Shown here: one piece after another, positions 48,544 to 60,699 of the stretch
How positions within the stretch are numbered: position 1 is the stretch's first letter
Layout: each line of letters begins with the position of its first letter
Source: Candidatus Carthagonibacter metallireducens
Lineage (GTDB): Bacteria > Gemmatimonadota > Gemmatimonadetes > Palauibacterales > Palauibacteraceae
NCBI GenBank assembly: GCA_023554445.1
Contig: JAMJQQ010000119.1
Location: 1,925 to 65,924 of the forward strand
Direction of reading: 5' to 3'
Length of the DNA: 64,000 nucleotides
Translations under genes and position numbers: made by a program
Notes under the pieces: model-generated
The model's database searches: none
Seen by the model: the letters and a program-made list of their open reading frames with translations, nothing else
Told to the model about the DNA's origin: nothing

Positions 48544-49532
48544 GTCGATCCACCCCGGGTGCGAAGCAGGACGAGGAAGAAGGGAACGCCGAGAAACGCC
48601 GTGACCACACCGATCGGGATCTCGACAGGTCCTCCAATGACCCTCGCGGCCGTATCCACGACCAGGAGCGCGGCTCCGCCGGCGAGGAAGCACGTGGGGA
48701 TCAGTCCGCGATGTGCACTGCCCCAGACCATCCGCACGGCATGTGGAACGACCAGTCCCACGAATCCGATGACGCCCGCGACGCTCACGGTGACAGCGGC
48801 CAGCAGCGATGCCAGGAAGAACGCGATCCGCTTGATCCGCTCGACCTCGGTCCCGATCGCGGCTGCCGTTTCTTCGCCGAGCGCAAGGGCATCGAGGTGT
48901 CGTCCGAGTCCCCACGCGGCGGCGGATGCCGGAATTGCCCAGGCGGCGAGGACCGCCACCATCCGCCAGGAAAATCCAGACAGGCTGCCGAGGGTCCAGA
49001 AGAAAGCTGACCGCAGTGTCTCGGCAGGCGAGAAGACCAGAATGAGAGTGATGCACGCCCCGAAGAAAGCGCTGACGACGACCCCGGCCAGGATGAGGAC
49101 CCGCGTGTCGAGTCGGTCGGATACGCGGGCGACGGCGAACACGATGGCGATGGCCAGCAGTCCGCCGATCAGTGCCGCGACGGGAAGCAGAAAGCCCCCG
49201 AGCCTGCCCAGGCCGAGAGCCAGCGCTCCGACCGCGGCGAGCGCCGCACCGGAGGAAACGCCGAGCAGGTAGGGCTCGGCCAGGGGATTCCGGAGTAGCG
49301 CCTGGAAGACGGCCCCCGAAACGGCGAGCGACGCCCCGACGAGCACGGCTCCGAATACTCGTGGCAACCGCAAGTCGATTACGATCCGGCGCGCGATCTG
49401 GTCTCCGCCGCTTCCGAAAGCGCCGACTACCTCGCCCGGAGAGAGACCCGCCGGACCGACCATCGTGCCGACGGCAGCGCCCCCGAACAGTAGAGCCAGG
49501 AGAACCAGGTAGCGGGCTCCCGAGTTCACCAC
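48540..49532 (-). CDS. btuC: FecCD/BtuC-family permease
   Basis: DLRLPR, RNPLAEPYLLGVSSGA, IGFVGLVVPH, EIPIG. Confidence 0.88.
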   Translation of the reverse strand: MVNSGARYLVLLALLFGGAAVGTMVGPAGLSPGEVVGAFGSGGDQIARRIVIDLRLPRVFGAVLVGASLAVSGAVFQALLRNPLAEPYLLGVSSGAALAAVGALALGLGRLGGFLLPVAALIGGLLAIAIVFAVARVSDRLDTRVLILAGVVVSAFFGACITLILVFSPAETLRSAFFWTLGSLSGFSWRMVAVLAAWAIPASAAAWGLGRHLDALALGEETAAAIGTEVERIKRIAFFLASLLAAVTVSVAGVIGFVGLVVPHAVRMVWGSAHRGLIPTCFLAGGAALLVVDTAARVIGGPVEIPIGVVTAFLGVPFFLVLLRTRGGST

Positions 49533-50476
49533 TGCAGCTCCGGGTGGAGAACCTCGGCCAGCGCCCGGGCCGCTTTCCCGATTCTCGGACCGAGTCGGTG
49601 CAGCAGTCCCGCATCCACCGACCGGACCCGCCCGTCTCGCACCGAAGGTATGACCGCCCAGCCCGGGCGTGTTGCAGGGTCGGCAGGCATTCCGTCGGGC
49701 ATGATCGGAACGAGGATCAGCTGCGGTGACCGGACTACGATGGCCTCCAACGAGACCTGCGGTGACGGCGCCGCCAGGTCCCCGAAGACGTTTTCACCAC
49801 CTGCTATCGACACGAGAGTGTCCAGATAGCTGCCCGCGCCCACAGTTATCGCAGGTGGCCAGGCTACGTCGTAATAGACGCGAGTTCGGGGCAGGTCACG
49901 AGTCGCGCGAGCCACTTCCGCGAGATCGAACTCGATCGAGGCCCACAACGACTCCGCGGTGCTCTTGCGTCCGAGCAGGTCCCCCAACCGCAGAACGTTG
50001 CGCTGTAGATCGTCGAGGTCATCGATCCGGATTGCCAGGACGGCGATATCGAGCCGCTCGAATTGGTCCACGGACCGAGCGTTGTCGGAGCCCGCATAGA
50101 GGATCACGAGGTCCGGATTCCGTGCGATCACGCTCTCGGCATCCGGGCGAAGCGCGTCCCCGACGCTGGGGACGGACCTCACCTCCGGCGGTTGATCATC
50201 CCAGGTCGAGCGACCCGCAACGCTACCTCCGGCCCCGAGCGCGTAGAGCACTTCAGTGATGGCCGGAACGAGGGATACGATACGCGTCGGCGCATCGGGC
50301 AGGCTAATGTCCCTGCCCAGGTCGTCGGTCAAGCGGACCTGAGCGGCGATCGATGGCGCCAGCGCATGCAACAGCAGGATGACGCCCAACAGCGCGATCG
50401 TCGATCGCTCCGCAAAGCGGTACGCCAAAAAAACCCGTCCTTTCTTCAGAAAGGCCGGGCATGACCGAGCCAGCAA
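49526..50476 (-). CDS. btuF: Cobalamin-binding periplasmic protein; start uncertain
   Basis: TDDLGR..PTRIVSLVPAITE, AGGENVF, HRLGPR. Confidence 0.85.
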   Translation of the reverse strand: MLARSCPAFLKKGRVFLAYRFAERSTIALLGVILLLHALAPSIAAQVRLTDDLGRDISLPDAPTRIVSLVPAITEVLYALGAGGSVAGRSTWDDQPPEVRSVPSVGDALRPDAESVIARNPDLVILYAGSDNARSVDQFERLDIAVLAIRIDDLDDLQRNVLRLGDLLGRKSTAESLWASIEFDLAEVARATRDLPRTRVYYDVAWPPAITVGAGSYLDTLVSIAGGENVFGDLAAPSPQVSLEAIVVRSPQLILVPIMPDGMPADPATRPGWAVIPSVRDGRVRSVDAGLLHRLGPRIGKAARALAEVLHPELQW

Positions 50477-50494
50477 AGATTGCCTGCCTCGCCC

Positions 50495-50646
50495 ACACCC
50501 TTCCCGCGAAGAGCGTCAGTGGGCAGGGAGGGGCTCGTCTCCTGGCTCGAGAGAACCGGCGGGTGCCGGGCTCCCTCTCACAGTGGCGGGGCCGCGTCGG
50601 ATTCTCACCGACTTCCGTGGGCCCGATCCCTGATGCACGAAGGCTG
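50495..50646 (-). ncRNA. Cobalamin riboswitch (short type)
   Basis: GGAAGTCGGTGAGAATCCGACGCGGCCCCGCCACTGT...GAGCCAGGAGAC (B12 box) and a downstream CTTCGCGGGAAG hairpin, upstream of btuF. Confidence 0.88.
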
Positions 50647-50711
50647 AGTTTAGCGAGAGATTTCGGGAATCCGCAAGAGCCCTGACCGGGTGCGTTCTGC
50701 CATCTTTGCGA

Positions 50712-51698
50712 TCAAGTCGAAGGAGGTCTCGCCAGCCGGTAAGAAATGGCGGCTGCCCCCAGCAACGCAACTCCGATCAGGCCCGCGATCAGCACGGGGC
50801 CCCAGGCGACGGGCTCGGACTCGATCGTCAAGCCGACCGACTCTCCCGGCTCTAGGTCGGAGGCCACGAATCGCCGTGCTTCCGATCCCGGCGGCAGTTC
50901 GCCGAGTTCGCCGGGCCTCAACCCGCGCAGGCCGTCCTCCCCGACACCCACCAGGATCAGCTCGAACCGCTCGGTCGGGTACTCGATCGGAAAGTCCAGC
51001 TCCGTTCCCTCGATGAAGTACCCGTAGGAGAGGCGCATTCCGTTTGGCGGCAGCGTGGCCCTGGCTTCGACCCTTCCATCCGACTCGGTAATCGATTCGG
51101 GCGAGTTACCCCCCTCTATGGGGGCCCAGGACTGATAGCCACGCGGCAGGAGCATCGACCAGATCGGAATCGAGGCATCCGTTGTCCGCAGTGCGCGTCC
51201 GGGGGTGCCGGCTACGTCGACGATTTCGCCGACCTGAAGGAGGCCGTGCGCCGTCGGGCTCACCACCACGTGCCGCAGCAGCACGGGGTTATTCGTAACG
51301 GGCGCCTCGATGGACTCGACCTCGTGCACGTAGATGGCGTAGGGGTCGGGCGCCTCCACTCCGGCGTGCAGTATCGGACCGAAGTAGCTGACTCCACCGC
51401 GCACGGAAGCGGCAGCATAGAGAATCTCCGGATTCTCCGCTTCCTCGATCGTCAGACGAAACCGCCCGGAGGCGTCAGCCGTCGTGGAATCTACGACCTC
51501 GCCGGAGACCGAGGTGATGCGGTGAAGCAGCACCACGGCCCCTGACACGGCCGTGGAATCGGCGGCCGAGTAGACGGTACCGCGGATCTCCTGCGCAGGG
51601 ATCGCCGCGGCCGAAGCGGCGAGCATGACGAGCAGCAACGGGACAAGGGCGTGACCGCTGCCTTTGCGACCAGGAACAACAATCCGGGTCCCGATCAA
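50712..51698 (-). CDS. Exported protein with carboxypeptidase-regulatory-like domain and C-terminal TM helix
   Basis: Signal peptide; IRGTVY..VSGAVVLL..TTADASGRF; C-terminal hydrophobic helix. Confidence 0.6.
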   Translation of the reverse strand: MIGTRIVVPGRKGSGHALVPLLLVMLAASAAAIPAQEIRGTVYSAADSTAVSGAVVLLHRITSVSGEVVDSTTADASGRFRLTIEEAENPEILYAAASVRGGVSYFGPILHAGVEAPDPYAIYVHEVESIEAPVTNNPVLLRHVVVSPTAHGLLQVGEIVDVAGTPGRALRTTDASIPIWSMLLPRGYQSWAPIEGGNSPESITESDGRVEARATLPPNGMRLSYGYFIEGTELDFPIEYPTERFELILVGVGEDGLRGLRPGELGELPPGSEARRFVASDLEPGESVGLTIESEPVAWGPVLIAGLIGVALLGAAAISYRLARPPST

Positions 51699-52285
51699 GG
51701 TACGAATTTCCCGAAGTCCTCGGGGTCGAGGCCCTTCAGGTATTCCCGCAGACTCTCGCCCGTCGGCCGTGCTTCTCCCTCACTCGCCCCAGCAGGTTCG
51801 GACTCGCCTTCCGGAGGCATCCAGGGCGGGACGGGATCGTCCTCGTCCGGCTGATCGATTTCGAGTTGGGTACGGCCGAGAAGTCCCGCCGACGCGAAGA
51901 TCGGAGCCGCAGCCCTGAGAGCCAGGGCGACACTGTCGCTGGGGCGGGAATCGATCGAGATCATCTCTCCGTTCCGACGAAACACCAGCGACGCGAAATA
52001 GGTGTTCTCCTCGACGCGCGTGATGAGCACGCGCACGAGCTCGCTGCCGAGACTGCCTACGATGGTGCTCACCAGGTCGTGGGTGAGGGGACGACTGAAC
52101 TTGATGCCCGCCAGTTCCATGGCGATGGCACTGGCCTCCGCCGGACCGATCCAGATCGGCAGCAGACGCTCTCCTTCCACCTCCCGGAGAATGACGACAG
52201 GCGTATTGGATGCCTTGTCGAGCCCGAGGCTCGCGACCTCGACCCGCACCAGATCTCCGGATCCCATTCCTCCGCCCTCGCTCAT
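51695..52285 (-). CDS. Bifunctional nuclease family (DUF151); start uncertain
   Basis: LLPIWIGPAEA, RPLTHDL, DSRPSDSVALA. Confidence 0.9.
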   Translation of the reverse strand: MSEGGGMGSGDLVRVEVASLGLDKASNTPVVILREVEGERLLPIWIGPAEASAIAMELAGIKFSRPLTHDLVSTIVGSLGSELVRVLITRVEENTYFASLVFRRNGEMISIDSRPSDSVALALRAAAPIFASAGLLGRTQLEIDQPDEDDPVPPWMPPEGESEPAGASEGEARPTGESLREYLKGLDPEDFGKFVP

Positions 52286-52304
52286 GCGCTCCCGGTTTCC
52301 ACGC

Positions 52305-53696
<1,392 letters not shown>

Positions 53697-54857
53697 TCAG
53701 ACGGCCGAAAGCAGGTCCTTGATCCGGTCCGTACGCTCCCACGAGAATGCGCCGTCCTTGCGAGGCTTTCGCCCGAAATGCCCGTACGACGCGGTCTGGC
53801 GATAGATCGGCCTCCGCAGTCCGAGCGCGTCGATGATCGCAGACGGCCTGAGGTCGAAGACCTTGCGCACCACACGGACCATATCCTCATCCGGCATCGC
53901 CCCCGTGCCGTAGCTGTTGACCATCACGGACACAGGACGTGAGACGCCGATCGCGTAGGCCACCTGGATTTCCACTTCCCGGGCGAGACCCGAGGCGACC
54001 AGGTTCTTGGCCACCCATCGAGCGGCATAACTGGCCGAACGATCCACCTTCGTCGGATCCTTGCCGCTGAACGCTCCCCCTCCGTGACTGCCCAGGCCTC
54101 CATACGTGTCCACGATGATCTTGCGGCCCGTCACCCCGGCATCTCCGTGCGGCCCACCCGTAACGAATCGGCCTGTAGGATTTATGTGGTAATGGAGGCC
54201 CTTCCGCTTCGGCATCAGCGCTTCCGGGATTTCCGGGTGGATGACGTGCTCCTTGATCGCGCTTTCCAGTTCCTCCTTGCCGACCGACGGGTCGTGCTGC
54301 GCGGACAGCACCACGGTCCGGACACAGAGAGGCGTACCCTCGTCGTATTCGACCGTTACCTGAGCCTTCCCGTCCGGCCGAAGCCAGGGAAGCGTTCCCT
54401 CGCGTCGTACCTTCGCCAGGCGACGCGTCAGGGCGTGCGCGATGGCGATCGGTACGGGCATCATGCCCACGGTCTCGTTGGTCGCGTAGCCGAACATCAT
54501 GCCCTGGTCCCCGGCTCCGCCCCTTCCGACCCCACGGCTGATGTCGCCCGACTGGCGTCCGATGGAAGTGAGGACCGCGCAGGATCGGTGGCTGAAGCCG
54601 AAATGCTCGTCGTCGTACCCGATCTCGCGAACGGTTTCGCGCGCGATCGCACCGAAATCCGGATGGGCCGAGGTCGTGATCTCCCCTGCCAGGACGATGA
54701 GGCCCGTGGAGACGAGCGTTTCGCAGGCGACTCGGGCGTCTTCATCCTCGGTGAGGATGGCGTCCAGAACGGCGTCCGAGATCTGGTCGGCGATCTTGTC
54801 GGGGTGGCCTTCGGTGACCGACTCCGACGTGAACATGTGGTGATTTCTCTGCGACAC
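53697..54857 (-). CDS. metK: S-adenosylmethionine synthetase
   Basis: [39 protein letters not shown]. Confidence 0.97.
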   Translation of the reverse strand: MSQRNHHMFTSESVTEGHPDKIADQISDAVLDAILTEDEDARVACETLVSTGLIVLAGEITTSAHPDFGAIARETVREIGYDDEHFGFSHRSCAVLTSIGRQSGDISRGVGRGGAGDQGMMFGYATNETVGMMPVPIAIAHALTRRLAKVRREGTLPWLRPDGKAQVTVEYDEGTPLCVRTVVLSAQHDPSVGKEELESAIKEHVIHPEIPEALMPKRKGLHYHINPTGRFVTGGPHGDAGVTGRKIIVDTYGGLGSHGGGAFSGKDPTKVDRSASYAARWVAKNLVASGLAREVEIQVAYAIGVSRPVSVMVNSYGTGAMPDEDMVRVVRKVFDLRPSAIIDALGLRRPIYRQTASYGHFGRKPRKDGAFSWERTDRIKDLLSAV

Positions 54858-54892
54858 GTTCTCTCTCTTTGTCCCTTGATGATTGAGGCGCG

Positions 54893-54921
54893 AAGCTACG
54901 GGCGTGCAGAGGGCCCGGCAA
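54893..54921 (-). promoter_or_regulatory. Promoter of metK
   Basis: TTGCCG-N17-TAGCTT, same boxes as the recO promoter. Confidence 0.55.
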
Positions 54922-54930
54922 GCGAAATCG

Positions 54931-56694
54931 TCAGCCCTCGAGGACGGTTCCACCCACCTTGAGGGCACCCGTTCGGTCGAGGTATTCCTGTACGATCCCA
55001 CGGACGTCCTCGCCGCTCTCGCAGCGAGCATTCCCCGCACAGAGCGCTACGAGATCGGAAACCGAAAGGTGCCGGATCAGCTCCCGGATCTCGGCCAGCG
55101 AGGAGAGCGATACGCTGAATTTCCGATACCCGAGGCCGAGGAGTACCGCGACACCGATGGGGTCGGCCGACAATTCTCCGCAGACGGACAGGTCCAGGTG
55201 GTGGTGCTCGCATGCTTCGACAACGCGGGCGTAGAGACGGATCAGCGCCGGGTGAAGCGGATCGTAGAGCTCGGCGACCTTCGGATTCCCCCGATCGGCT
55301 GCGAGCACGTATTGCGTCAGGTCGTTCGTGCCGAGGCTTACGAAATCAACGTAGGGGGCGAGCAGGTCGAGTGTTTCGACGGCAGCGGGGGTCTCGACCA
55401 TCAGACCGACCGGGACTCCACCGCTTCCTGGCTCCTTGCCCAGGGCACCGTACGTCGATTCGAGGTGCTCTCGGGTCCGGATCAGTTCGTCCGCCGATGT
55501 CACGAGCGGGACGAGCAGCCGGACGTTGCCATGGTCCGCCGCTCGCACGGCCGCTCGAAGCTGATTCTGGAACAACTCCGGCTCGTCCAGACAAACCCTT
55601 ATCGCACGCCAGCCGAGGTACGGGTTGTCCTCCTGTTTCATCGACATGAATTGCGGGTACTTGTCGCCACCGATGTCGAAGGTGCGGATTGTCACCTCAC
55701 GCCCGGGAAATGCCTCTACAACCGAGCGGTAGGCATCGAATTGCTCCTCCTCGGACGGAATCTCCCGGTGTCCGATCACGAGGAATTCGGTGCGAAGCAG
55801 GCCGACCCCCTCGGCGCCCAGACGAATCGCTTCGTCGATCTCGAACGGCTGATCCAGGTTCGCCTGGACCACCGTGTGAACTCCGTCGACGGTCTCGGTC
55901 GGCTTTGCGGCCAGCTCGGCCAGGATCTTCCTGCGAACCTGAAGCTGGGCGAGCGCACGATTGTGCGACTCGATCTCGGCCGGTGTCGGATCGACGATCA
56001 ATCGCCCCGACTTGCCGTCGACGAGCAGTTCACACCCGTCGGCGATCCTGGCGAGCTGCGGCCCCACGTCGACGACGGCTGGAATTCCGAGCGAGCGCGC
56101 AATGAGAACGCTGTGTGAGCCTCGAGTACCGGCCGCCGTGATCATCCCTAGCACCCGGTCGGGACGCATGCGAACCGCCACGCTGGGAGCGATATCGTGA
56201 GCCACGACGATCGACGGTTCCTCGTCGTCCGACATCTCCAGCCCGGGTGCCGGATGGCCGAGCAGGCAGGAGAGCACGTTTCCACGGACGTCTCGCAGGT
56301 CGGCCAGCCGATCCATCACCATGGCGTGAACCGACTCCATCATCTGGACGCGCTGCTCGAGCAACTGCATCTCGAATGCGCGCTCCGCGCTGAGCAGGTT
56401 CTCCCGAATATACGCTTCCGTACCCGCCACCAGGTCCGGATCCTCGATCATCCACGCCTGAGACTCGAACACCTTTCCTTCGAATCCTCCCAGTAGCTCC
56501 GTCGTCTCGTGCTGAAGCTCTACGAGCCGCGAGAGGGCCTCTGCCCGAGCCCTGTGGAAACGCTCGATCTCACGGTCCACTTCGGCCGTGGCGATCGAAG
56601 TGTGCGGGATCGACGGGATCTCCCAGCTGATGTGCCTGACCGGGCCCAGCGCACGACCGGGAGAGGCGCCCACGCCTTCGAGCAACAGACTCAT
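54931..56694 (-). CDS. ptsI: PTS enzyme I
   Basis: [52 protein letters not shown]. Confidence 0.95.
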   Translation of the reverse strand: MSLLLEGVGASPGRALGPVRHISWEIPSIPHTSIATAEVDREIERFHRARAEALSRLVELQHETTELLGGFEGKVFESQAWMIEDPDLVAGTEAYIRENLLSAERAFEMQLLEQRVQMMESVHAMVMDRLADLRDVRGNVLSCLLGHPAPGLEMSDDEEPSIVVAHDIAPSVAVRMRPDRVLGMITAAGTRGSHSVLIARSLGIPAVVDVGPQLARIADGCELLVDGKSGRLIVDPTPAEIESHNRALAQLQVRRKILAELAAKPTETVDGVHTVVQANLDQPFEIDEAIRLGAEGVGLLRTEFLVIGHREIPSEEEQFDAYRSVVEAFPGREVTIRTFDIGGDKYPQFMSMKQEDNPYLGWRAIRVCLDEPELFQNQLRAAVRAADHGNVRLLVPLVTSADELIRTREHLESTYGALGKEPGSGGVPVGLMVETPAAVETLDLLAPYVDFVSLGTNDLTQYVLAADRGNPKVAELYDPLHPALIRLYARVVEACEHHHLDLSVCGELSADPIGVAVLLGLGYRKFSVSLSSLAEIRELIRHLSVSDLVALCAGNARCESGEDVRGIVQEYLDRTGALKVGGTVLEG

Positions 56695-57041
56695 GATCGA
56701 GCCCCCGGTTCGTCGACTGCGGAGCCGTAGTCGATCTCGCCTTCCCCGAATCCGGACTCGACGAGCAGCGAAAGCTCCCGGATCGCGCCGGGCGCATCGA
56801 CACCCTCTGCCCGGATCCGAAGCTGGGAACCGAACTCGGCTGCCAGCATCATCACGCCCATTATGCTCTTACCGTTTACCTCGAGGCCGTCCTTCTCGAC
56901 CGTGATGTTCGATGCGAACCGCGATGAGAGCTTGACGAACTCCGCGGCCGGTCGGGCATGGAGCCCGAGCCGGTTCGGAACCCGAACCGTATTCTCGGCA
57001 ATGGAGTCGCCGTTACCTCTCATCTCGTTCCCTTCGGACAA
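56691..57041 (-). CDS. ptsH: Phosphocarrier HPr
   Basis: GLHARPAA (His15), NGKSIMGVM (Ser46). Confidence 0.94.
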   Translation of the reverse strand: MSEGNEMRGNGDSIAENTVRVPNRLGLHARPAAEFVKLSSRFASNITVEKDGLEVNGKSIMGVMMLAAEFGSQLRIRAEGVDAPGAIRELSLLVESGFGEGEIDYGSAVDEPGARS

Positions 57042-57056
57042 GTTCTGGATCTCCTC

Positions 57057-57815
57057 TCACCCGATCAGTGCCGCTACGACGAGCCACGCGACTGGAATGG
57101 CGAGTACCAGGGCCGCCGCGACTCGACCCGCACGTCGCGGCCAGCGAAATGCCACAAGCGCTACGAACGCAGCGACGGCGGCCAGACCGCCAAAGAAACC
57201 GTTCCACTCGACCACATCCAGGACGCTGCGACTCAGAAGAACCGCATCCAGACCCAGCAGAAACAGAATCAAGGGTGCGAGGCGTCGCGGAACCCATTCG
57301 AGCCAGCTCTCGTGGAGCGCCTTGCCCACGCCCAGACCTTCCCGCCAGCCGCTCCGAAAGCCCCAGACGCGGATCGCGATGTGACCGGCGTTGAAGGTGA
57401 GCAGAAACAGGGCCACCGACCAGAGGGGATCCACCCCCAGGCCGAATGCGGCAATCGCAGACAGCAGGCACACGGGACGCCATGCAGCCCAGATCAGGCG
57501 ATCTCCCACGGTGCCGAGTGGGCCGCGAAGCGCGGTCCGGAACCTCTCGATGCTCGCGCTGCTCTCGCCGTCCAACTCGGCACGGGCCAGTGCCCCCGCT
57601 GCCAACCCGGCCAGATACGGGTGCGAATTGAAGGCCGATTGGTGCCTCGCTACCGATTCGCTGAGGCGAACGGGATCCCCCGCATGTATCCGTCGCAGAA
57701 GAGGAAGCATCGTGAAGGCCATACCGCCGCCGATCATGGTGCGGTAGTTCCACGACCCCTGCACGGCGAAGCTCCTCCACCAGGCCGACCACAGGTCCTT
57801 GCGAAGAGGTCTCAT
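57057..57815 (-). CDS. PTS mannose-family IID
   Basis: QGSWNY, FNSHPY, GPLGTVGDRLIW. Confidence 0.88.
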   Translation of the reverse strand: MRPLRKDLWSAWWRSFAVQGSWNYRTMIGGGMAFTMLPLLRRIHAGDPVRLSESVARHQSAFNSHPYLAGLAAGALARAELDGESSASIERFRTALRGPLGTVGDRLIWAAWRPVCLLSAIAAFGLGVDPLWSVALFLLTFNAGHIAIRVWGFRSGWREGLGVGKALHESWLEWVPRRLAPLILFLLGLDAVLLSRSVLDVVEWNGFFGGLAAVAAFVALVAFRWPRRAGRVAAALVLAIPVAWLVVAALIG

Positions 57816-57819
57816 GCCC

Positions 57820-58524
57820 TCATCCCGCCATTCCCACGGCTATGGCCCCGGCGACCGCACCGACGAGCAACAGCGGCCATCCCCGCAGTCCCGTCGAACT
57901 CGTGCGCCCCCCGGCTCCCGCCGATGCGGCCATGGCGGTGACCAGCATCGCGGCTCCCCAGGCGGTAGCCCTGCCGGATGCAGGTTGGCCTACCGACCAG
58001 GCGGCTGCCAGAACCGCCGGTGCGACGAATCCCGCCGTCAGGAGAGCCCCTCGCACGGCGTCCAGACGAAGTGCCAGACGATGTCTGCGTTCCAGCAGGG
58101 CCGGTCGTGCGGCAAGCTCAGCGGCATTCGACATCAGCCGCTCGTTCCCGCGCCTCCTCAGCTGAACCGTCACCGCTCCGATCCAGCCGACCGCCCACCC
58201 GGCGAGGATGGCTGCGACGAGGGCTCCCAGGGAGGCTCCCCCGGCAGCCGCGTATGCGGCTCCAGCCACGAGACCGGCCGGACCGGAATCCGGGTACCGG
58301 GCAGCCCCGAATGGCGGGTGCCGCAGGCTCATCAATTCGAGGACGGCTCCCACCAGGAACCCGGATGCCGGATCGCCGAGCAACCAGCCGCCGAGTGTGC
58401 CCGAGACCAGGGGGCGTGAGACCATCACTTGTGGCCACGAGACCGCGTCCATTGCCAGAATTCCGCCGAGAACGACGAGAATCAGCCAGCCGGCGGTATG
58501 CAGCGGTATCTCAGCCAGCGGCAC
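57820..58524 (-). CDS. PTS mannose-family IIC
   Basis: QVMVSRPLV..GWLLGD..GAVLEL..GAARYPD. Confidence 0.85.
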   Translation of the reverse strand: MPLAEIPLHTAGWLILVVLGGILAMDAVSWPQVMVSRPLVSGTLGGWLLGDPASGFLVGAVLELMSLRHPPFGAARYPDSGPAGLVAGAAYAAAGGASLGALVAAILAGWAVGWIGAVTVQLRRRGNERLMSNAAELAARPALLERRHRLALRLDAVRGALLTAGFVAPAVLAAAWSVGQPASGRATAWGAAMLVTAMAASAGAGGRTSSTGLRGWPLLLVGAVAGAIAVGMAG

Positions 58525-59026
58525 GAACGAGCTCCTCGAACGGCACCTCGCGCGCGGAGGGAAGATCTCGGGCGCTCACGTGTCTGCACCGGTCCTCGAT
58601 CTTTCTGAGATCCGCGATCTCGTCGGGCGACAGATGAACGTATGGCAGGACTCGACGCCGCTCTGCCCCCGCATGAAGGCCTCCCAGATTCACCCGGCGG
58701 CCGTCCAGGATCCCGGCCTCCGCCAGGCTTCGCATCGTCGACGGGGAGCGTGTGAGCAGTGCACCCCGACCCGGGAGGGCGTCGAGTTCCTCGAATCGTT
58801 CGATTGCCTCTTCGAGACCTACGAAGAGAGCATCGACTCCCTCGGGAAGTCCGGCGGCGTAGAGGTCCTTCTCCCACTCGCTCGCCGCGACCTCATCGTC
58901 CACGATCACGTAGTATTCGAGCTCGAGTCGCATGCCCCATCCCACGATCACCTGGCCGTGGAGCAGTCGCTCATCGATGCGAAACAGGTCAAGCGCCATC
59001 GCTGGACTCATGATCGGAGAGGACAC
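58511..59026 (-). CDS. PTS mannose-family IIB
   Basis: RIDERLLHGQV, VNLGGLH. Confidence 0.9.
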   Translation of the reverse strand: MSSPIMSPAMALDLFRIDERLLHGQVIVGWGMRLELEYYVIVDDEVAASEWEKDLYAAGLPEGVDALFVGLEEAIERFEELDALPGRGALLTRSPSTMRSLAEAGILDGRRVNLGGLHAGAERRRVLPYVHLSPDEIADLRKIEDRCRHVSARDLPSAREVPFEELVRAAG

Positions 59027-59387
59027 GGATTCCGTCGTGTCCCTTCTCTGCCGCTCGGTTCGCCAGCTCGGCCGGGGGCATATCCCTGTGGAAGAGGAAA
59101 TCGAGCAGCATTGGAAGATTGACGCCCGTCACCACCGCGAACGAGTCCCGCCTTCGTCCGACCGCACGGCTGGCGAGGGTGCAACTCCCGCTGGCGAGGT
59201 CGGTGAACACCACCACCGGACCGGTGCGTGTCGGTCCCTCGACCCGGTCGCGGAGCTCATCGGGGCCGCAATCCTCGTTGGAGATCGGAATCAGCGCGCC
59301 ATGAATCCCCGCGATTCCCTCCGCCGCCTCCACGAGGGCCGCCGCGAGTCGTCCATGCGCAACGACCACGCCCGTCGTCGGACTCAC
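58989..59387 (-). CDS. PTS mannose-family IIA
   Basis: VVVAHG, FTDLASGS, GVNLPMLL. Confidence 0.88.
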   Translation of the reverse strand: MSPTTGVVVAHGRLAAALVEAAEGIAGIHGALIPISNEDCGPDELRDRVEGPTRTGPVVVFTDLASGSCTLASRAVGRRRDSFAVVTGVNLPMLLDFLFHRDMPPAELANRAAEKGHDGIRVLSDHESSDGA

Positions 59388-60343
59388 TCGTAGTCCTCCT
59401 CCAGGTAGTCGCGCACCGGTTGCATCATGGCGCGGAGATTCTGCTCGAACAGCCTGGCCGAGTCGACCCCGGCGTAGCGCAGGAGGTGTCGCATCGCCAC
59501 CACCTCGCTGATGACCGTGATGTTCTTGCCCGGGTTCAGGGGAATGACCACCCGCGGGATCTCAACCCCCAGGATATCCGTGGTCTCCTGCACCAGTCCC
59601 GTCCGGTCGTACGTCGCTTCGTCGCTCCAGTGCTCGAGCTGCACGACGACCTCGATCCGCTTCTGCTGCCGCACGGATCTTATTCCGAACAGCGCCCGTA
59701 CATCGATGATTCCAATTCCGCGGATCTCCATGTGGAACTGCTGATGCTCGATCGCTCGGCCGATCAGCACGTCCACCCCTCGTCTGCGAACCAATACGAC
59801 ATCGTCGGCAACCAGCCGGTGTCCCCGCTCGACGAGATCCAGCACGCACTCGCTCTTGCCGATCCCGCTCTGACCTACGAACAGAAGTCCGACGCCGTAC
59901 ACGTCGGCCAGCGATCCGTGGATCGCGGTCGACGGAGCGAATTCGTCTTCCAGAAAAGGCTTGATACGCTGGAAGAACTCGCCCGTCTTCAGTGATGAGC
60001 GAAGCAGCGGAACCGCATGCTCCTCCGCCAGTTCCACGAGTTCGTCCGGCAGTTCGAGTCCCTTGGTGACGATGATGCACGGTCGATCGTGCCGCATGAA
60101 GGCTCGGAGCACTTCAGCCCGCTCACTCGCCTCCAGCGAATGGAGGTACATGATCTCCGTCTCGCCCAGAACTTGAGATCGGCGCCTAGGCAGGCGTTCG
60201 GCGAACCCCGCGAGGACGAGACCCGGGCTCGAGATGTCGGCACCCGTGATCTTTCTATCCAGTCCTGATTCGCCGGCTACGACCTCCAGTTGGAGAAGGT
60301 CGCCCCGCCGAGCCAGCAATTCCGCTACGGTCAGCGCGGTCAC
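59384..60343 (-). CDS. hprK: HPr kinase/phosphorylase
   Basis: GQSGIGKSE, GHRLVADD, HMEIRGIGII, YDRTG. Confidence 0.95.
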   Translation of the reverse strand: MTALTVAELLARRGDLLQLEVVAGESGLDRKITGADISSPGLVLAGFAERLPRRRSQVLGETEIMYLHSLEASERAEVLRAFMRHDRPCIIVTKGLELPDELVELAEEHAVPLLRSSLKTGEFFQRIKPFLEDEFAPSTAIHGSLADVYGVGLLFVGQSGIGKSECVLDLVERGHRLVADDVVLVRRRGVDVLIGRAIEHQQFHMEIRGIGIIDVRALFGIRSVRQQKRIEVVVQLEHWSDEATYDRTGLVQETTDILGVEIPRVVIPLNPGKNITVISEVVAMRHLLRYAGVDSARLFEQNLRAMMQPVRDYLEEDYE

Positions 60344-60681
60344 TCTTCCGGCTCGTCCAGGGTGGCAGTTAGGCTCGAGCCGGGCGGCGCCTTGTGATTC
60401 CGGCGGCGTTCCCGCTCTTTTCGCGCGCGTCTCGAGAGTCGGTCGTAGAGTCGATCCACGGCGGTGCGTATTTCCGATGCTTCGGCCTTTGCGACGACCG
60501 GTCCGCTGCCATCCACGCTCATCACCGCTTCGGCGATGCTGCGAGTCTTCTCCTCCGCCAGAATCACTTCAATCCGTGAAGCACGCGGCTCGAACTTCGA
60601 CAGGCGCTCGAATCTCTCGTCGATGTGCTCTCGGATCGCGTCGGTGACGTCCACGTTCCGGCCGGAGATGATAATCTGCAT
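60340..60681 (-). CDS. raiA: Ribosome hibernation factor (short HPF/RaiA)
   Basis: MQIIISGRNVDVTDAIREHI..AVDRLYDRLSR. Confidence 0.85.
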   Translation of the reverse strand: MQIIISGRNVDVTDAIREHIDERFERLSKFEPRASRIEVILAEEKTRSIAEAVMSVDGSGPVVAKAEASEIRTAVDRLYDRLSRRARKERERRRNHKAPPGSSLTATLDEPEE

Positions 60682-60699
60682 CGCGTCCCTCCCTCCAGT

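Noticed and set aside
54858..54930. SAM riboswitch before metK
   Set aside because: The 73-nt gap is mostly a promoter; no SAM-I/II consensus seen
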